This document shows positions 62,646-64,000 of a DNA stretch of 64,000 nucleotides, piece by piece. The stretch comes from Microcoleus sp. GTDB taxonomy: Bacteria; Cyanobacteriota; Cyanobacteriia; Cyanobacteriales; Microcoleaceae. Each line of letters starts with the position of its first letter. The first letter of the stretch is position 1. The notes under the pieces were generated by a model that saw nothing but the letters and a program-made list of their open reading frames with translations, was not told the origin of the DNA and made no database searches. The DNA is taken from positions 32,001-96,000 of the forward strand of contig JAYFMW010000001.1 of NCBI GenBank assembly GCA_042408215.1, given 5' to 3'. Both the position numbers and the translations under genes were made by a program.

Positions 62646-63779
62646 ATGAGAATCGCTCTTTTCACTGAAACTTTCCTGCCGAAAATAGACGGCATTGTCA
62701 CCAGACTGATTCACACCGTAGACCATTTGCAGCGCGCAGGCGAACAAGTTCTGATCTTTTCTCCAGATTACGGAATTACAGAATACAAAGGAGCTAGAGT
62801 TTACGGTGTGGAGGGTTTGCCTTTACCTATGTACCCGGAATTGAAAATGGCACTTCCTTCTCCGGCTGTTGGTCGCCAATTAGAGCAGTTTAAACCGGAT
62901 ATTATTCATGTTGTCAATCCCGCTATTTTGGGATTGGGCGGCATATATTATGGCAAAAAGCTCAACATTCCGATTTTGGCTTCTTACCACACCCATTTAC
63001 CTAAATATTTGCACCACTACGGTTTTGGAATGCTCGAACCTTTATTGTGGGAATTGCTCAAAAGCGCTCACAATCAAGCTGAACTAAATCTGTGCACTTC
63101 CACAGCAATGGTGGAGGAACTAACAACCCACGGGATCGATCGCGTAGACTTATGGCAGCGGGGCGTAGATACTGAAATGTTTGTACCTGAATTGGCCAGT
63201 CGAGAAATGCGATCGCGCCTTTCCCAAAATCACCCAGACAGTCCCCTGTTGCTTTACGTCGGCCGCCTCGGCGCAGAAAAGGAAATCGAAAGCATCAAAC
63301 CAGTTCTCGAAGCAATTCCGAACGCCCGCCTCGCCCTCGTCGGAGACGGCCCCCACCGACAAACCCTCGAACAATATTTTGCCGGAACGCCCACAAATTT
63401 TGTCGGCTACCTCAAGGGCCAAGAACTAGCTTCTGCTTACGCATCTGCCGATGCCTTCATTTTTCCCTCCCGCACCGAAACCCTGGGCTTGGTGCTCCTA
63501 GAAGCGATGGCTGCGGGGACGCCTGTAGTCGCGGCACGCAGTGGCGGAATTCCCGATATCGTCACTGACGGCGTTAACGGATATTTGTTTGACCCCGCCG
63601 ATGAAGCAGGAGCCCTCACCGCCACTAGGCGTCTGTTTGCTAACCCCCAAGAACGGGAAACCCTGAGCGAAAGCGCGCGCCGGGAAGCAGAACGCTGGGG
63701 TTGGGCCGCCGCGACTAACCAACTGCGGCGCTACTATCAATCAGTGATTTTTGCCCAGTCTATGTCCTCCGTTGCGTGA
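62646..63779 (+). CDS. sqdX: Sulfoquinovosyltransferase (GT4)
   Basis: FTETFLPKIDG, SYHTHLP, YVGRL, ETLGLVLLEAMA; downstream of sqdB. Confidence 0.9.
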   Translation: MRIALFTETFLPKIDGIVTRLIHTVDHLQRAGEQVLIFSPDYGITEYKGARVYGVEGLPLPMYPELKMALPSPAVGRQLEQFKPDIIHVVNPAILGLGGIYYGKKLNIPILASYHTHLPKYLHHYGFGMLEPLLWELLKSAHNQAELNLCTSTAMVEELTTHGIDRVDLWQRGVDTEMFVPELASREMRSRLSQNHPDSPLLLYVGRLGAEKEIESIKPVLEAIPNARLALVGDGPHRQTLEQYFAGTPTNFVGYLKGQELASAYASADAFIFPSRTETLGLVLLEAMAAGTPVVAARSGGIPDIVTDGVNGYLFDPADEAGALTATRRLFANPQERETLSESARREAERWGWAAATNQLRRYYQSVIFAQSMSSVA

Positions 63780-64000
63780 CGCAACCATAAGATCAAGTCC
63801 AGTTAATTGCTGATAAATCCTGTACGGGCCTAGGGCCTAGGGCATGGTTGAACAAAAGTACGATAACTATTCAACCGGACTAGATATAACTCGCAACTTT
63901 CTCCATCTCCTCCGACTAGGGCGTGTTTTCAAACCCGGAGATCCCCCCTTAGCTTGCCCCCTACTCCCCCTTAATAAGGGGGGGACAAGAGCACTCAAAG

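Overview
Chromosomal window from a filamentous cyanobacterium, probably Microcoleaceae/Oscillatoriales, judged from dense HIP1 (GCGATCGC) sites, heptamer STRR repeats and photosynthesis genes. The housekeeping backbone is argG, aroC, psbN/psbH/tatA/pth, mutL, ycf4-psbD-psbC, tpiA, folP, aroB, petL, cpcT and sqdB/sqdX. Six OMEGA-type (TnpB/IscB) elements interrupt it: (i) a complete IS607 element whose TnpB has a Fanzor2/pro-Fanzor-like rearranged RuvC and an ORF overlapping almost all of tnpA in another frame; (ii) a frameshifted IS605-type tnpB; (iii) a solo tnpB with rearranged RuvC-II; (iv) an intact IS605-type tnpB; (v, vi) a tnpB-less IS605 MITE and an iscB-less HEARO/omega-RNA element only 22 bp apart, the latter inserted at the petL start codon. 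Other notable items are a separated psbD/psbC overlap retaining a 10-codon mimic ORF, a heptamer tract inside mutL, an ATPase-less MacAB-TolC-like cassette between ~540 bp direct repeats, several pseudogenes, and 71-bp and 80-bp tandem arrays that are not CRISPR. No rRNA, tRNA or CRISPR array was recognised. All calls come from motif reading; no searches were run.
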